Positions 8,548 to 17,553 of a stretch of 59,732 nucleotides of DNA are shown here, piece after piece; positions within the stretch are counted from its first letter, which is position 1, and each line of letters begins with the position of its first letter. Origin of the DNA: Clostridia bacterium (GTDB lineage Bacteria > Bacillota > Clostridia > Christensenellales > Borkfalkiaceae); the NCBI GenBank assembly GCA_017453165.1, contig JAFTKR010000018.1, positions 1 to 59,732 on the forward strand, given 5' to 3'. The notes under the pieces are model-generated. The model was not told where the DNA came from. It was given only the letters and a program-made list of their open reading frames with translations, and searched no databases. The translations under genes and the position numbers were made by a program.

Positions 8548-8641
8548 TCAGTTTTTACCTCCTCTTTCCAGTCTCGAAGAACCCAAGGCGCGTCCTAAAA
8601 AAGACAGCTTAAAAAAGCCCGTTTCTATCGGCTCGGATATA
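8548..8641 (-). promoter_or_regulatory. Candidate rplU 5' leader (possible L21-leader-type attenuator)
   Basis: This is a ~95 nt leader between the promoter and rplU. It contains a weak hairpin, AGCCG-ATAGAAA-CGGGCT, followed by TTTTTT. L21-operon leaders are known in Bacillota, but I could not verify the fold. Confidence 0.3.
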
Positions 8642-8670
8642 AATATACCAAATCGACAAAATATTGTCAA
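8642..8670 (-). promoter_or_regulatory. Sigma-A-type promoter of rplU-rpmA
   Basis: On the minus strand: TTGACA, 17 nt spacer, TATATT. Confidence 0.55.
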
Positions 8671-8760
8671 GCATTTTTTAAGCTTTTTCCAAGTTTTTAT
8701 AACTTTTTTTACATAAATTCCGTTTTTTTCGTCCAAAATAATAGAAAAAGGAGAACGATT

Positions 8761-9207
8761 ATGGATATTGAAACCAAACTCAAAAAAGACGAAGAAGTTT
8801 TAGCGGAAATTTACCGTAACTGTCAACTCGCTCTGCAATCCATTTCCAACATTTTGCCCGAAACGGACGACGAAGAAATGAAACAAGAATTGCAAAGAGA
8901 GCACGAGGGATACGAAAAAATTAGCGCGAAAGCGTGCATGATCGCCAAGGATAAAAATATCGAGCTCAAAGAACCCAACCAATTTAAAAAGATGATGATG
9001 TGGGGTTCGATCAAAATGAACACCTTGACCGACGGTTCTACCGCGCATATCGCGGATATGATGATTCAAGGCACGGTTATGGGAATCACGGCGTTAAAGA
9101 CGACGGCAAGCGAAGCGGAATGTCGTGATCAAGAAATTTGCGCCCTGTTCAAAGAATTACTTGCTTTGGAAGAAGGATATGAAAAGAAGTTAAAATCCTT
9201 TTTGTAA
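8761..9207 (+). CDS. Hypothetical helical protein (148 aa)
   Basis: The ORF is clean, with SD AAAGGAGAA. It is predicted to be all-helical. I recognise no family. Confidence 0.5.
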   Translation: MDIETKLKKDEEVLAEIYRNCQLALQSISNILPETDDEEMKQELQREHEGYEKISAKACMIAKDKNIELKEPNQFKKMMMWGSIKMNTLTDGSTAHIADMMIQGTVMGITALKTTASEAECRDQEICALFKELLALEEGYEKKLKSFL

Positions 9208-9270
9208 CGCGTTCAACGCGTACATGGCCTATGGAAATTGAGCGTAACGCCGATTTTCATAGGCTTGAAA

Positions 9271-9308
9271 ACGAACCGCGAGAGATTCTCTCGCGGTTCG
9301 TATTTTTT
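9271..9308. terminator. Bidirectional intrinsic terminator between the 148-aa gene and rng
   Basis: The stem is ACGAACCGCGAGAG / CTCTCGCGGTTCGT with loop ATT. T-runs follow on both strands. Confidence 0.8.
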
Positions 9309-10815
9309 AGTATAATAATTTTGCGTTATCGGGTAAACTCAACACGTCCGCGTTGTCCCCACGAACGGAGAAATATTCTTCCTTATACGTACGGTGGGGG
9401 ACGAGATAAATTCGTTTTTTCGCCCATCGACCTTTTACGTCCGACGTAAACAGTCCTTCGTTTAAGATTTTACGCATAATTCCTTCGTTCAGTTCTACGA
9501 TCGCGGACTTGAATCCGTTGGCAAAACATTCCAACAAATCCCCACGAATACGGGTAATTACGAAAGTATCGTCGTGGACGTAGCCGTTCCCTTTACAATG
9601 TTCACAAGTTTTTACGAGATAGGACGACGTTTCATTCCCAACCCGTTTTCTCGTAAATTGCGTTAAACAAAGCTCGCTCATCGGCAAAACGTTGCACTTC
9701 GCTTTATCCGCTTTTAAATATTCCGCCAAGACTTCCGTGATTTTTTCCTTATGCGTTTCTTCCAGCATATCGATAAAATCTACGACCACGATTCCACCGA
9801 TATTGCGGAGCCGAACCTGTCTTGCAATTTCTTTCGTCGCTTCTAAATTGACGGCAAACACCGTTTCTTCGTGACTCGTATCCCCGACGAAACTGCCCGT
9901 ATTTACGTCGATAACCGTCATGGCTTCGGTCTGGTCAATCACTAAATATCCGCCGTTTTCAAGCGGTACGGTGGGGCGTACAGCGTCGTAAATAATTTCA
10001 GAAATGCCGTACTCGCGGAACATCATCCGTTCCCCTTTATACAAGATCAATTTTCGTTCGGGAATTTCTTTTTGCAACCGAATCAAAGAAAGCAAACGCT
10101 CGTAAAGATCTACGTCCCCAACGTGAATCGCAACGACGTCGTCGCCCATACTGTCGCGAATCATGCGGACGGGTAAATCGATATCGTTATAGAGCACCTT
10201 ACCGACGGGCGCAGACTTTGCGCGCGAGATCAAATCCAACCACAGTTTCTTTAAGTATTCCGATTCCTTTTTCAGTTTCTTCATGGGCGCGGATACCGCT
10301 TTGGTACGAATAATAAACCCGTCGCCCTTTTTCTCGTCGCGGAGTTTATCCACTGATTTTAAAAGATCTTCCCGTTCCTTTTCATCGGTGATCTTTCTTG
10401 AAATTCCTAAAAAGTCGGTGTTTGGTAAATAGATCAAAGTTTTTCCGACGAAGGAAAGGTGCGTAGTCACTTTCGCGCCTTTTGTGCCACGGGGCGGTTT
10501 CGTCACTTGCACCAAGATCTCGTCGCCCACCTTTAAATCGGGCAAGCGAAGATTCATTGCGCCCATGGTCCCGTCGTATTTGGTATAATCGGTGTACGAT
10601 TCTTCCATAGAGAGATAGCAGTTACGTTCCAACCCGCAAGAGACGAAAGCGGCGTTCATCCCCGCTAAAACGTTGACGACTCTCCCTTTATAAATATTCC
10701 CGACGATGGCGCCGTTTTCTTCTTTTTCCGCCGCAAATTCCATCAACTTCCCGTCTTCCAAAAGGGCGACGAACTGTTGCTTACAATAACGGTCGAAAAA
10801 CCATTCCTTTTTCAT
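9307..10815 (-). CDS. rng: Rne/Rng-family ribonuclease (RNase G-like)
   Basis: It has an S1 domain (GNIYKGRVVNVLAGMNAAFVSCGLERNCYL) and the catalytic core DQTEAMTVIDVNTG. It lies upstream of rplU, as in many Clostridia. The start is 10815 or 10848. Confidence 0.85.
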   Translation of the reverse strand: MKKEWFFDRYCKQQFVALLEDGKLMEFAAEKEENGAIVGNIYKGRVVNVLAGMNAAFVSCGLERNCYLSMEESYTDYTKYDGTMGAMNLRLPDLKVGDEILVQVTKPPRGTKGAKVTTHLSFVGKTLIYLPNTDFLGISRKITDEKEREDLLKSVDKLRDEKKGDGFIIRTKAVSAPMKKLKKESEYLKKLWLDLISRAKSAPVGKVLYNDIDLPVRMIRDSMGDDVVAIHVGDVDLYERLLSLIRLQKEIPERKLILYKGERMMFREYGISEIIYDAVRPTVPLENGGYLVIDQTEAMTVIDVNTGSFVGDTSHEETVFAVNLEATKEIARQVRLRNIGGIVVVDFIDMLEETHKEKITEVLAEYLKADKAKCNVLPMSELCLTQFTRKRVGNETSSYLVKTCEHCKGNGYVHDDTFVITRIRGDLLECFANGFKSAIVELNEGIMRKILNEGLFTSDVKGRWAKKRIYLVPHRTYKEEYFSVRGDNADVLSLPDNAKLLY

Positions 10816-10946
10816 TGATGCGTATTTCCCAATTTTTTCTAACCACACAAACGAACACCGTAGCCTTTCTAGTATATCACATTACCTTTTCCAAAGCAAG
10901 GAGTTTTGACGGTTTTTAAAGCTTTTTTAGCGATTATTTGGACTTT

Positions 10947-11864
10947 TTAACCCCGTTTTGCAACAATTTCACTCATTTTTGCATAGATCGACGCGTTCGA
11001 AAAAAAGGACGAAAATTCCGATTGGCGTACTTCGCCCAAGAACCGTTCTTCGCCGTCGTACACTTCTAAAATCAGATAGCAACCCTTGCAAAGATAGCGC
11101 AACACCGATTTTACGCGCGTATCCGCTGAAACGGCAACCCGACGGATCTCCACCCCTCGCGTGAGCGCGGACAAATGGGAAAAATTCATTTTTTGATACC
11201 GAACGTCATCTTTCGAGCCCAAACTCCCCACGAGCAGGAACACCGAAAAACCCACGATCGTATAATTCGGCGTACCTTTTACCCATAACGTCGCAAACAA
11301 AGCAAGCAAGAGCAGAGAAATCACGATTGATAAAATCTTACAAGTCAATCCTGCGCGCCGTTCCGCCGACTCCGTTCTACCCGTCTTTAAAAAGAATAGG
11401 GTAAGCACGCAACGCAACACCCTGCCCCCGTCTAAAGGGTAAGCGGGAAAGAGATTGACGAGCGCAATGGAGAGCGAGAGAAAACACGCCGACTCGGTAT
11501 AGGGATAGGTGACGGGAAAGAACCACCATAGCGCGGCAAACCCCGCCGCCGTCAATAAATTACATAGCGGACCACTAATCGCCACCCATATTTCGTCTTT
11601 TAAGGAAATATCCGTCAAATCTCCGTCGATCACCGCGCCGTAAGGCATTAAAATTACCTTATTCAACCGATACCCCAGCCTTGACGCCTGCAACGCGTGC
11701 GCCAATTCGTGTTCAATCGCAACGAGTACCGACATGATAAATAAGGGAAGCTCCCCCGTCAGGGAATAGAATACCCCTGCAAGAAAGAATAAGGGGTGAA
11801 TTTCCAACTTCGTTTTGTCGTTCGGCGCATACATACCCCCTTGGCTTTTTGCGTTTTGATTCAT
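10947..11864 (-). CDS. spoIVFB: Site-2 (M50) metalloprotease, SpoIVFB-like
   Basis: It carries HELAH and the NLFPAYPLDGGRV motifs of S2P proteases, multiple TM helices and a C-terminal CBS-like domain. It is located downstream of an M23-like gene and upstream of rplU, as in B. subtilis. The start is ambiguous: 11834, 11864 or 11960. Confidence 0.7.
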   Translation of the reverse strand: MNQNAKSQGGMYAPNDKTKLEIHPLFFLAGVFYSLTGELPLFIMSVLVAIEHELAHALQASRLGYRLNKVILMPYGAVIDGDLTDISLKDEIWVAISGPLCNLLTAAGFAALWWFFPVTYPYTESACFLSLSIALVNLFPAYPLDGGRVLRCVLTLFFLKTGRTESAERRAGLTCKILSIVISLLLLALFATLWVKGTPNYTIVGFSVFLLVGSLGSKDDVRYQKMNFSHLSALTRGVEIRRVAVSADTRVKSVLRYLCKGCYLILEVYDGEERFLGEVRQSEFSSFFSNASIYAKMSEIVAKRG

Positions 11865-11900
11865 TTTTGCAGTAGTTGCGGTAGATCGTAACGCCTGCAA

Positions 11901-11930
11901 AGACAAAAAGCCACGCGTCCGTGGCTTTAC
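11901..11930 (-). terminator. Hairpin with T-tract just after the spoIVFA-like stop codon
   Basis: On the minus strand: AAAGCCACG-GACG-CGTGGCTTT followed by TTGTCTTT. Confidence 0.45.
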
Positions 11931-11959
11931 AAGCGGTAAATCCGCAAAGATTCGTTCCA

Positions 11960-12760
11960 TCACTCCGTTTCCACTACCCAAGTAAGGGTGTTTTCTTCCG
12001 TTACGGAAAAACAGTTGAGCAAATTCCCGTCGTCGTACATGGCGACCTGTACTTCGTTTTCCCCAATCGAATACCCAACGGGTACGTTATGTTTGACCTG
12101 TTGCCCGATTTCGTAGTACACGTAATCCAAGCCTGCAATCACTCCCGAAAAGCTATTCGTATGCGCGATGGTCACGGTATATTTGCCGTTTTCGTCTTGC
12201 GTGAGCGCGGAAACCGTTCCGTCCGCCGTGGGATAGACGCAACCTTCGTTCACAAAGGTCAAGATCCCCGTCGGCGAAAGCGTCATTTCCGCATCTTTGT
12301 CAGAGCCTAAAATACTCGACAAAGTAAAGTCGGTGTAGTCGCGATCGTCCACGAATTCCTTTTCGGCAATCAAGGAGCGGAAAAAGGTGTTAATCGCGCT
12401 ATTCGGCATCCAAACGTTCGTCAAAAAGATTCCCAAACAAAGGGCGCACGCTACGCCGAACTCCGCTTTTAAAATGAGTTCTCTCGTTCGTTCCTTTTTG
12501 GTCGGCAATACCCGTTCTAAATCCTGCTCGACGGGATCGGCGTTCTCGTTTACCGTGTCCGTCGATTCGAAGATTTCACTTGCGTACGTCGCGTACGGAG
12601 GCGTGACCTTTTCATTTACGCGAGAAATGGTTTCGTCTTTCAAGCCTTGCCGTTCGTTTGAAAACAGGGACTTGGTATGCTTCTTCGCAGTTTTGCGAAT
12701 GACGTTCACGGTAGATACGGGAATTTCCAGCATTTCAGCGTATTCGATTTCTTCGTTCAT
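11960..12760 (-). CDS. spoIVFA: M23/LytM-domain membrane protein, SpoIVFA-like
   Basis: It has one TM helix (GVACALCLGIFLTNVW) and a C-terminal LytM-like beta domain (GTVSALTQDENGKYTVTIAHTNSFSGVIAGLDYV). It is positioned directly upstream of the M50 protease gene. Confidence 0.6.
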   Translation of the reverse strand: MNEEIEYAEMLEIPVSTVNVIRKTAKKHTKSLFSNERQGLKDETISRVNEKVTPPYATYASEIFESTDTVNENADPVEQDLERVLPTKKERTRELILKAEFGVACALCLGIFLTNVWMPNSAINTFFRSLIAEKEFVDDRDYTDFTLSSILGSDKDAEMTLSPTGILTFVNEGCVYPTADGTVSALTQDENGKYTVTIAHTNSFSGVIAGLDYVYYEIGQQVKHNVPVGYSIGENEVQVAMYDDGNLLNCFSVTEENTLTWVVETE

Positions 12761-12880
12761 ATTCTTTTCTCCTTCTCGATAAAAATTCTTCGGCTAATGG
12801 TATATTACTATATGTTTAAAAATTCTTGATTAGACCGAAAAACGAAGAAAAAAGAAGGGGGATTTTTAGCGAAAATAGAC

Positions 12881-12914
12881 GAAAAAACAAGACTCTCATA
12901 AAACGAGAGTCTTG
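12881..12914 (-). terminator. Intrinsic terminator after the NCS2 permease gene
   Basis: On the minus strand: CAAGACTCTC-GTTTTAT-GAGAGTCTTG followed by TTTTTTC. Confidence 0.75.
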
Positions 12915-12945
12915 CGTGTTTTTATTTGCTTTTCAAAGCTTTCGA

Positions 12946-14373
12946 TTATTCGCTAACCGTTTCTTGCGCAACTTCCTTTTCTTCTACAACTTCTTCCTTC
13001 TTTTCTTTCAAAACAATATTGAGAATGATACCAAGGATCATGGCAACCGCAGTAGACGTTACTTGCACGAGTTGACCTGCGATTTCAAATTTAAACGTAA
13101 GCCCACCGATACCTGCAACCAAGATCGCAGCCGCGATAAAGATGTTACGCGTTTTCGTAAAATCTACTTGTTCGTTGATAAGCATTTTTACACCCGACGA
13201 AGCGATAAAGCCGTAGAGTACGAGCGAAACGCCACCCGTTACGCAAGCAGGGATCGTTTGAACGACTACCATAAGCGGGGTGAAGAAACCAAGCGCGATC
13301 GTTGCGATACAAGCCGTGATGATAACTCGAACGGACGCTACTTTGGTTACGCCTACAACCGCTACGTTTTCGCCGTACGTCGTGTTCGCGCATCCGCAAA
13401 GGACACCGGATACCGCCGTTGCGATACCGTCGCCCATCAACGTTCTATCCAAACCGGGATCTTTCAAAAGGTCTTTATGGATAACACCGCCAAGGTTCAA
13501 GTGGTCACCGATGTGTTCGCAAATGGTAACGAGAGATACGGGCGCGAACGCAAGAATAATCGTAAGAATTTGTCCCCATTCAAACGTACCGTTGTTCCAT
13601 TCCAAGAATGCGAAACAATCGTAACCGATAAAGCTAGAAACGGTAATTTCTTTGAAGTTATTAACAATCGGCGAGAAGTCGATTACTTTCGCGTAATCCC
13701 AATTTGCCGCGTAGCCGATCCCCGTAAAGATAAGCGCCGTAACGTAACCAGCCGACATACCGATAACGAAGGGGATCAAGGACAACGTCTTCTTGCCGTA
13801 GTGCGCGGTGATCGCCGTTACGAACAACGCTACCAAACCGCACAAAATATGTACGAGATTATAATTCAAAGCCGAAGCCGCCGTGTTCGTCAAGTTGTTG
13901 ACCGCAGAACCTGCAAGGCCAAGACCGATAACCATGATAACGGGACCAACGACGATCGTGGGCAAAAGTTTGAAGAGCCAACCCGTACCGAACTTTTTAA
14001 TAACCAACGCTACGATTACGTAGATAAGACCTACCAAAATCATACCGATGGCAAGCGCGAGATAGTTACCCGTCACAGCGTCGGTAGGATTCGCGTCCAA
14101 TCCAAACGCCAAGCCCATCGAACTCAAATAAGCGAAGGACGAAGCAAGCACGACGGGGGATTTCTTTTGGGTTAAGAAAATGTAGATAAGCGTACCCACG
14201 CCGGCGGAGATGATCGTTGCGGGGATCGACGTACCGATCAACAAAGGTACGGTGATGCAGGCAACGAACATTGCGAGAATGTGTTGGATGGAAAGAAGCG
14301 CCCATTGCGATTTCTTCTGGGGTACTTCATGCACATCTAACACGAGATCGTTTTTTGCGGTTGTGTTTTCCAT
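12946..14373 (-). CDS. Nucleobase:cation symporter-2 (uracil/xanthine permease family)
   Basis: The ORF was trimmed to the ATG at 14373 (SD AAGGAG). It has the QHILAMFVACITVPLLIG motif and 12-14 TM helices. Confidence 0.85.
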   Translation of the reverse strand: MENTTAKNDLVLDVHEVPQKKSQWALLSIQHILAMFVACITVPLLIGTSIPATIISAGVGTLIYIFLTQKKSPVVLASSFAYLSSMGLAFGLDANPTDAVTGNYLALAIGMILVGLIYVIVALVIKKFGTGWLFKLLPTIVVGPVIMVIGLGLAGSAVNNLTNTAASALNYNLVHILCGLVALFVTAITAHYGKKTLSLIPFVIGMSAGYVTALIFTGIGYAANWDYAKVIDFSPIVNNFKEITVSSFIGYDCFAFLEWNNGTFEWGQILTIILAFAPVSLVTICEHIGDHLNLGGVIHKDLLKDPGLDRTLMGDGIATAVSGVLCGCANTTYGENVAVVGVTKVASVRVIITACIATIALGFFTPLMVVVQTIPACVTGGVSLVLYGFIASSGVKMLINEQVDFTKTRNIFIAAAILVAGIGGLTFKFEIAGQLVQVTSTAVAMILGIILNIVLKEKKEEVVEEKEVAQETVSE

Positions 14374-14435
14374 AAAACTACTCCTTATACGTATAAAATT
14401 TTTTATTCGTTCTCTCACGAGAACCCACTTTTATT

Positions 14436-14464
14436 ATTATACTACAAGAAAATTCGCTTGTCAA
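14436..14464 (-). promoter_or_regulatory. Sigma-A-type promoter of the permease gene
   Basis: On the minus strand: TTGACA, 17 nt spacer, TATAAT. Confidence 0.55.
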
Positions 14465-14524
14465 GCGTTCACAGAAAAAAAGCCGTTCGCATACGATATA
14501 AAAAATGATTATAGAAAAGAAGCG

Positions 14525-14560
14525 CAGAAAAAAGGGGCGGCGATTCAAAATGCGCCACCC
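14525..14560 (-). terminator. Intrinsic terminator after the SSB-like gene
   Basis: On the minus strand: GGTGGCG-loop-CGCCGCC (one G.U pair) followed by CCTTTTTTCTG. Confidence 0.6.
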
Positions 14561-14577
14561 ATGTACGAGAGTTTTAT

Positions 14578-15264
14578 TTAAGAGATGCTTTCTATCGTTT
14601 CCCCCGTGTATAAGTCGAATTCCGTTTCAATATCGAAATCTTCGTTAGAATCGAAGGTCGCAAGCTTGGATACGGAAACTTCGTACGCCGTCATCGTTTT
14701 GATATCGGTATCCGAATACCGTTTTTGGTATTCACGGCTTTGGATTCTGCCCGAGATCGCAACTCTGTCCCCCACGTTTAAGCTACGCACGAATCGCGCG
14801 TTCCGTCCCCAAGCAATACAAGGAATATAGTCGGATTTGTTGTAGGCGCGATTGACCGCAACGAGCACGTCCGCAATCTCGCGGTTAAAAGGGGTAGTGC
14901 GGTAAACGGGCGGTTTGCAAATGTAACCGCTCAACAAAATGTTGTTCGGGTTTTTATCGGGAATATCCGTCAACAGCTCGCGCACGAACACGGTGAGCAT
15001 TAGACGGGATTTCCCGTTTTCGAGCTTGTTATAGCTTCGGAACTGACCAAGCGCGCAAAGACGTTTACCTTTCGCCAGCATACCGCCTTGAATGAGCCGT
15101 TCCGAAAGGGTGACGGGCAAGACGTCCGCCTGCCCCGAAAGACGGTTAATGCGAACGTAAAATTCGTAAAACCCTTCCCCGTAAATTTCATGGGAAAAGG
15201 TCGCGTCACTCACGATCTCCCCCATTACGTAGACTTTGTTGTTTTTTTCCGTAACGTAATTCAT
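14578..15264 (-). CDS. SSB-like protein with two tandem OB-fold halves and no acidic C-terminal tip
   Basis: The ATG at 15264 has SD GGAGG. Both halves resemble clostridial SSB-family OB folds: (1) NKVYVMGEIVSDATFSHEIYGEGFYEFYVRINRLSG..LPVTLSERL and (2) NILLSGYICKPPVYRTTPFNREIADVLVAVNRAYNKSDYIPCIAWGRNA. Confidence 0.55.
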   Translation of the reverse strand: MNYVTEKNNKVYVMGEIVSDATFSHEIYGEGFYEFYVRINRLSGQADVLPVTLSERLIQGGMLAKGKRLCALGQFRSYNKLENGKSRLMLTVFVRELLTDIPDKNPNNILLSGYICKPPVYRTTPFNREIADVLVAVNRAYNKSDYIPCIAWGRNARFVRSLNVGDRVAISGRIQSREYQKRYSDTDIKTMTAYEVSVSKLATFDSNEDFDIETEFDLYTGETIESIS

Positions 15265-15316
15265 AATAACCTCCAAATTGTAAAAATTTATTCTTTTTGT
15301 TTTTAGACGCTTATAA

Positions 15317-15652
15317 TTTTAAAAAGGTCAAGGGGGCCCCTTACGTGGTGTGGAGTTGATTTATTCCCCAAGTCCGTTACCCCAAAGTAAAACGATTCAA
15401 ATGCGAGCAAGACAAGAAGAACGCGGATTTTCCGACGGGAGTTTACTTGGTGGTAAACGAGCAAGGAAAAACGCAAGTTCGACACAATATTGCGAAGTGG
15501 TTTATTCTCCAGCCCGTTACCCCGAAATAAAACGATTCAAATGCGAGCAAGACAAGGAGAACGCGGATTTTCCGACGGGAGTTTACTTTGTAGTAAACGA
15601 GCAAGGAAAAACGCAAGTTCGACGCCGTATTGCGAAGTATTTCAATCGTTTT
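15317..15652 (-). repeat. Modular 3'-end repeat element, copy R2. It has two tandem 140-bp units plus a terminal hairpin.
   Basis: The unit period is 140 nt (for example GTCCGTTACCCC at 15372 and GCCCGTTACCCC at 15512). The head AAAACGATTGAAATAC (reverse complement of 15637..15652) overlaps the last codons and the TGA stop of the deacetylase gene. Confidence 0.9.
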
Positions 15653-16415
15653 TATGTTGTCGCCCTGTTACGTCCACGTAATAATCCTGCTTATAAATCA
15701 GCTCGCCGATCGGGACGAACTCATAGCCACGGTTTTTGAGCGTAGAAAAGATCATGGGTAGCGCTTCCGCCGTGTGCAAGCCGTTGTTGTGGCAAAGGAT
15801 AATCGAACCCGATTTCACACCGTTGATTACCCGTAAGGCAATCTCCGTCGCCGTTAGATTTTTCCAATCGAGCGAATCCACGTCCCATTGGATCGTGTAT
15901 AAACCCATACGCGTCGCCGTGTCGATTAAAAGATTGTCGTAATCGCCGTACGGAGCGCGAAACAGAGTGACCTTTTGCCCCGTAAGCGTTTCGATCGCTT
16001 GCGACGAAGTTTTGAGTTCGTCTTCGATTTCCGTTTCGCTTAATTTGCTCATATACGAATGGGTACGGCTGTGCGTACCGAGTTCGTGTCCCGCGTCTAC
16101 GATGGATTTCGCTACGGACGGATTTTTCTCCACCCAAAACTGTACGGCGAAAAAAGTGCATTTGATTTCGTTTTGCGCCAAATAGTTCAGGATCGTTTGC
16201 GTGTATTCCGTACCCCAAGCGCAGTCAAAGGAAATGGCAATTTTTTTATCTTCCCGCGCAACGGAATAGACGGGGAGCGAACGCGCCCCTTTTCCGCTCA
16301 CCGCTTGCACCGCCGAAAGCCCGAAATGTTGAATCGTTAAAACCAACGCCGTCACGATCGCAATCACGGACGTGGAAAGCAAAAAATTTTTGAGTTTTAT
16401 ACATAAAAATCGCAT
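15642..16415 (-). CDS. Polysaccharide deacetylase (NodB domain), PdaB-like sporulation type
   Basis: It has an N-terminal TM helix and NodB motifs: SFDCAWGTEYT, GHELGTHSRTH and LFRAPYG. Confidence 0.75.
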   Translation of the reverse strand: MRFLCIKLKNFLLSTSVIAIVTALVLTIQHFGLSAVQAVSGKGARSLPVYSVAREDKKIAISFDCAWGTEYTQTILNYLAQNEIKCTFFAVQFWVEKNPSVAKSIVDAGHELGTHSRTHSYMSKLSETEIEDELKTSSQAIETLTGQKVTLFRAPYGDYDNLLIDTATRMGLYTIQWDVDSLDWKNLTATEIALRVINGVKSGSIILCHNNGLHTAEALPMIFSTLKNRGYEFVPIGELIYKQDYYVDVTGRQHKND

Positions 16416-16683
16416 TTATGGTCAGTCCTATTGTATTAAAATATACCTGTCGAAATTTCTATTTCTTCGTCGAAAAAGCAAAGATTTGCTCATTTTTCAC
16501 ATTCCTAAAAGCAGTATTTCAAAGGCTCGTCTTATCGTATGACGAAACTTTTCCGTTTATGACAAACTTTCCCCGTAACCTTTGCTACGTAAAAAATTAA
16601 AAACCCTTACGAAACGTTTTACTTTTTTTCCGTATTCGTGTATAATAAAGCAAATACGAGCATCAAAAAGTAGGCGGTAGAAT

Positions 16684-16941
16684 ATGAAAATTTGGGCAAA
16701 ACTTATGAAAGACGGAAAAATTAAAAAACAATTCGTGTACGAACGGGACGAATCGATCGTCTACTCGAAATTTTTTGAATATTTAACGGATATCAGCCAA
16801 AAGTTGGACGTTTCCACCCCCGTGCTTTTAAAGACGCATATTTTCAACTTCGCAAAATTCAACCGCGTCAAATTCCTTCCAAAAGATTTCGTGGAGAGTT
16901 TTCCGTACGATCAACTTTTGCTCGAAAATATCGTGCTATAA
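16684..16941 (+). CDS. Hypothetical small protein (85 aa)
   Basis: The ORF is clean. I recognise no family. Confidence 0.45.
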   Translation: MKIWAKLMKDGKIKKQFVYERDESIVYSKFFEYLTDISQKLDVSTPVLLKTHIFNFAKFNRVKFLPKDFVESFPYDQLLLENIVL

Positions 16942-17029
16942 CCCCCGAAAACTCGTACCTGCCCACAGGGGAAGGGAATAGGGGAAAAGTTAAGGAACAT
17001 AAAATAGTGAGAAGAAAGGAGAAAATATT

Positions 17030-17521
17030 ATGACGGCATTAGAAAAAGAAATTATTGAACTTTTAAAGGACGACGCTCGGCTCACCCCGAAAAAGATCGC
17101 CGCTATGCTCAATAAAACGGAATCGGAAATCCAAGAACGCATCCATGCTTTGGAAAATAGTGGCGCAATCGTGAAATATACCACGATCGTCAACGAAGAA
17201 CTTGCCGATTCTGCGTCAGTCGAAGCCTTAATCGAAGTTCGTGTTACCCCGAAAAAAGGGGAAGGATTCGACGGTATCGCTCGTCAGATCTCCGAACTGC
17301 CCGAAGTTAAAGGCGTCTATCTAATGAGTGGCGCGTACGACCTTGCCGTCTTTTTGGAAGGCACTTCTTTACAAAAAGTCGCCCAATTCGTTTCCGAACG
17401 AATCTCCACTTACGACGGAGTTATTAGCACTGCTACTCATTTCATTTTAAAGAAATACAAAATCGAAGGTACGCAAACGGAAAAAACGCCGACCGATCGA
17501 CGAATGCTCGTCCAAGCGTAA
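17030..17521 (+). CDS. Lrp/AsnC-family transcriptional regulator
   Basis: It has an N-terminal HTH (EKEIIELLKDDARLTPKKIAAMLNKTESEIQERI) and a C-terminal RAM/AsnC_trans_reg domain. The SD is AAAGGAGAA. Confidence 0.85.
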   Translation: MTALEKEIIELLKDDARLTPKKIAAMLNKTESEIQERIHALENSGAIVKYTTIVNEELADSASVEALIEVRVTPKKGEGFDGIARQISELPEVKGVYLMSGAYDLAVFLEGTSLQKVAQFVSERISTYDGVISTATHFILKKYKIEGTQTEKTPTDRRMLVQA

Positions 17522-17553
17522 CCACTCGTTTAAGTCTAAAAAAGAGAACGATT

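Noticed and set aside
12826-14175. 449-aa ORF on the plus strand
   Set aside because: It lies entirely antisense to the well-supported NCS2 permease gene. The translation is Arg/Lys/Asp-rich low-complexity sequence with no motif, no SD and no promoter. It is a shadow ORF.
14374-14435. PyrR-type or other attenuator in the leader of the nucleobase permease
   Set aside because: A small hairpin (GTTCTC-GTGA-GAGAAC) is present. It has no adjacent T-tract and no PyrR binding-loop consensus that I can recognise. The evidence is insufficient.
15358-15640. CRISPR array hypothesis for the tandem and dispersed repeats
   Set aside because: The period is 140 nt. The sequences between the conserved cores are themselves conserved between loci, so there are no unique spacers. 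There are only two units, and the window has no cas genes.
15350-15739. 129-aa ORF spanning the tandem repeats, and similar ORFs at 41281..41550, 45489..45764, 48116..48349 and 54218..54634
   Set aside because: Each exists only because it runs through repeat-element DNA. The reading frames are not conserved between repeat copies (indels shift the frame), and none has an SD or start context. I treat them as non-coding.
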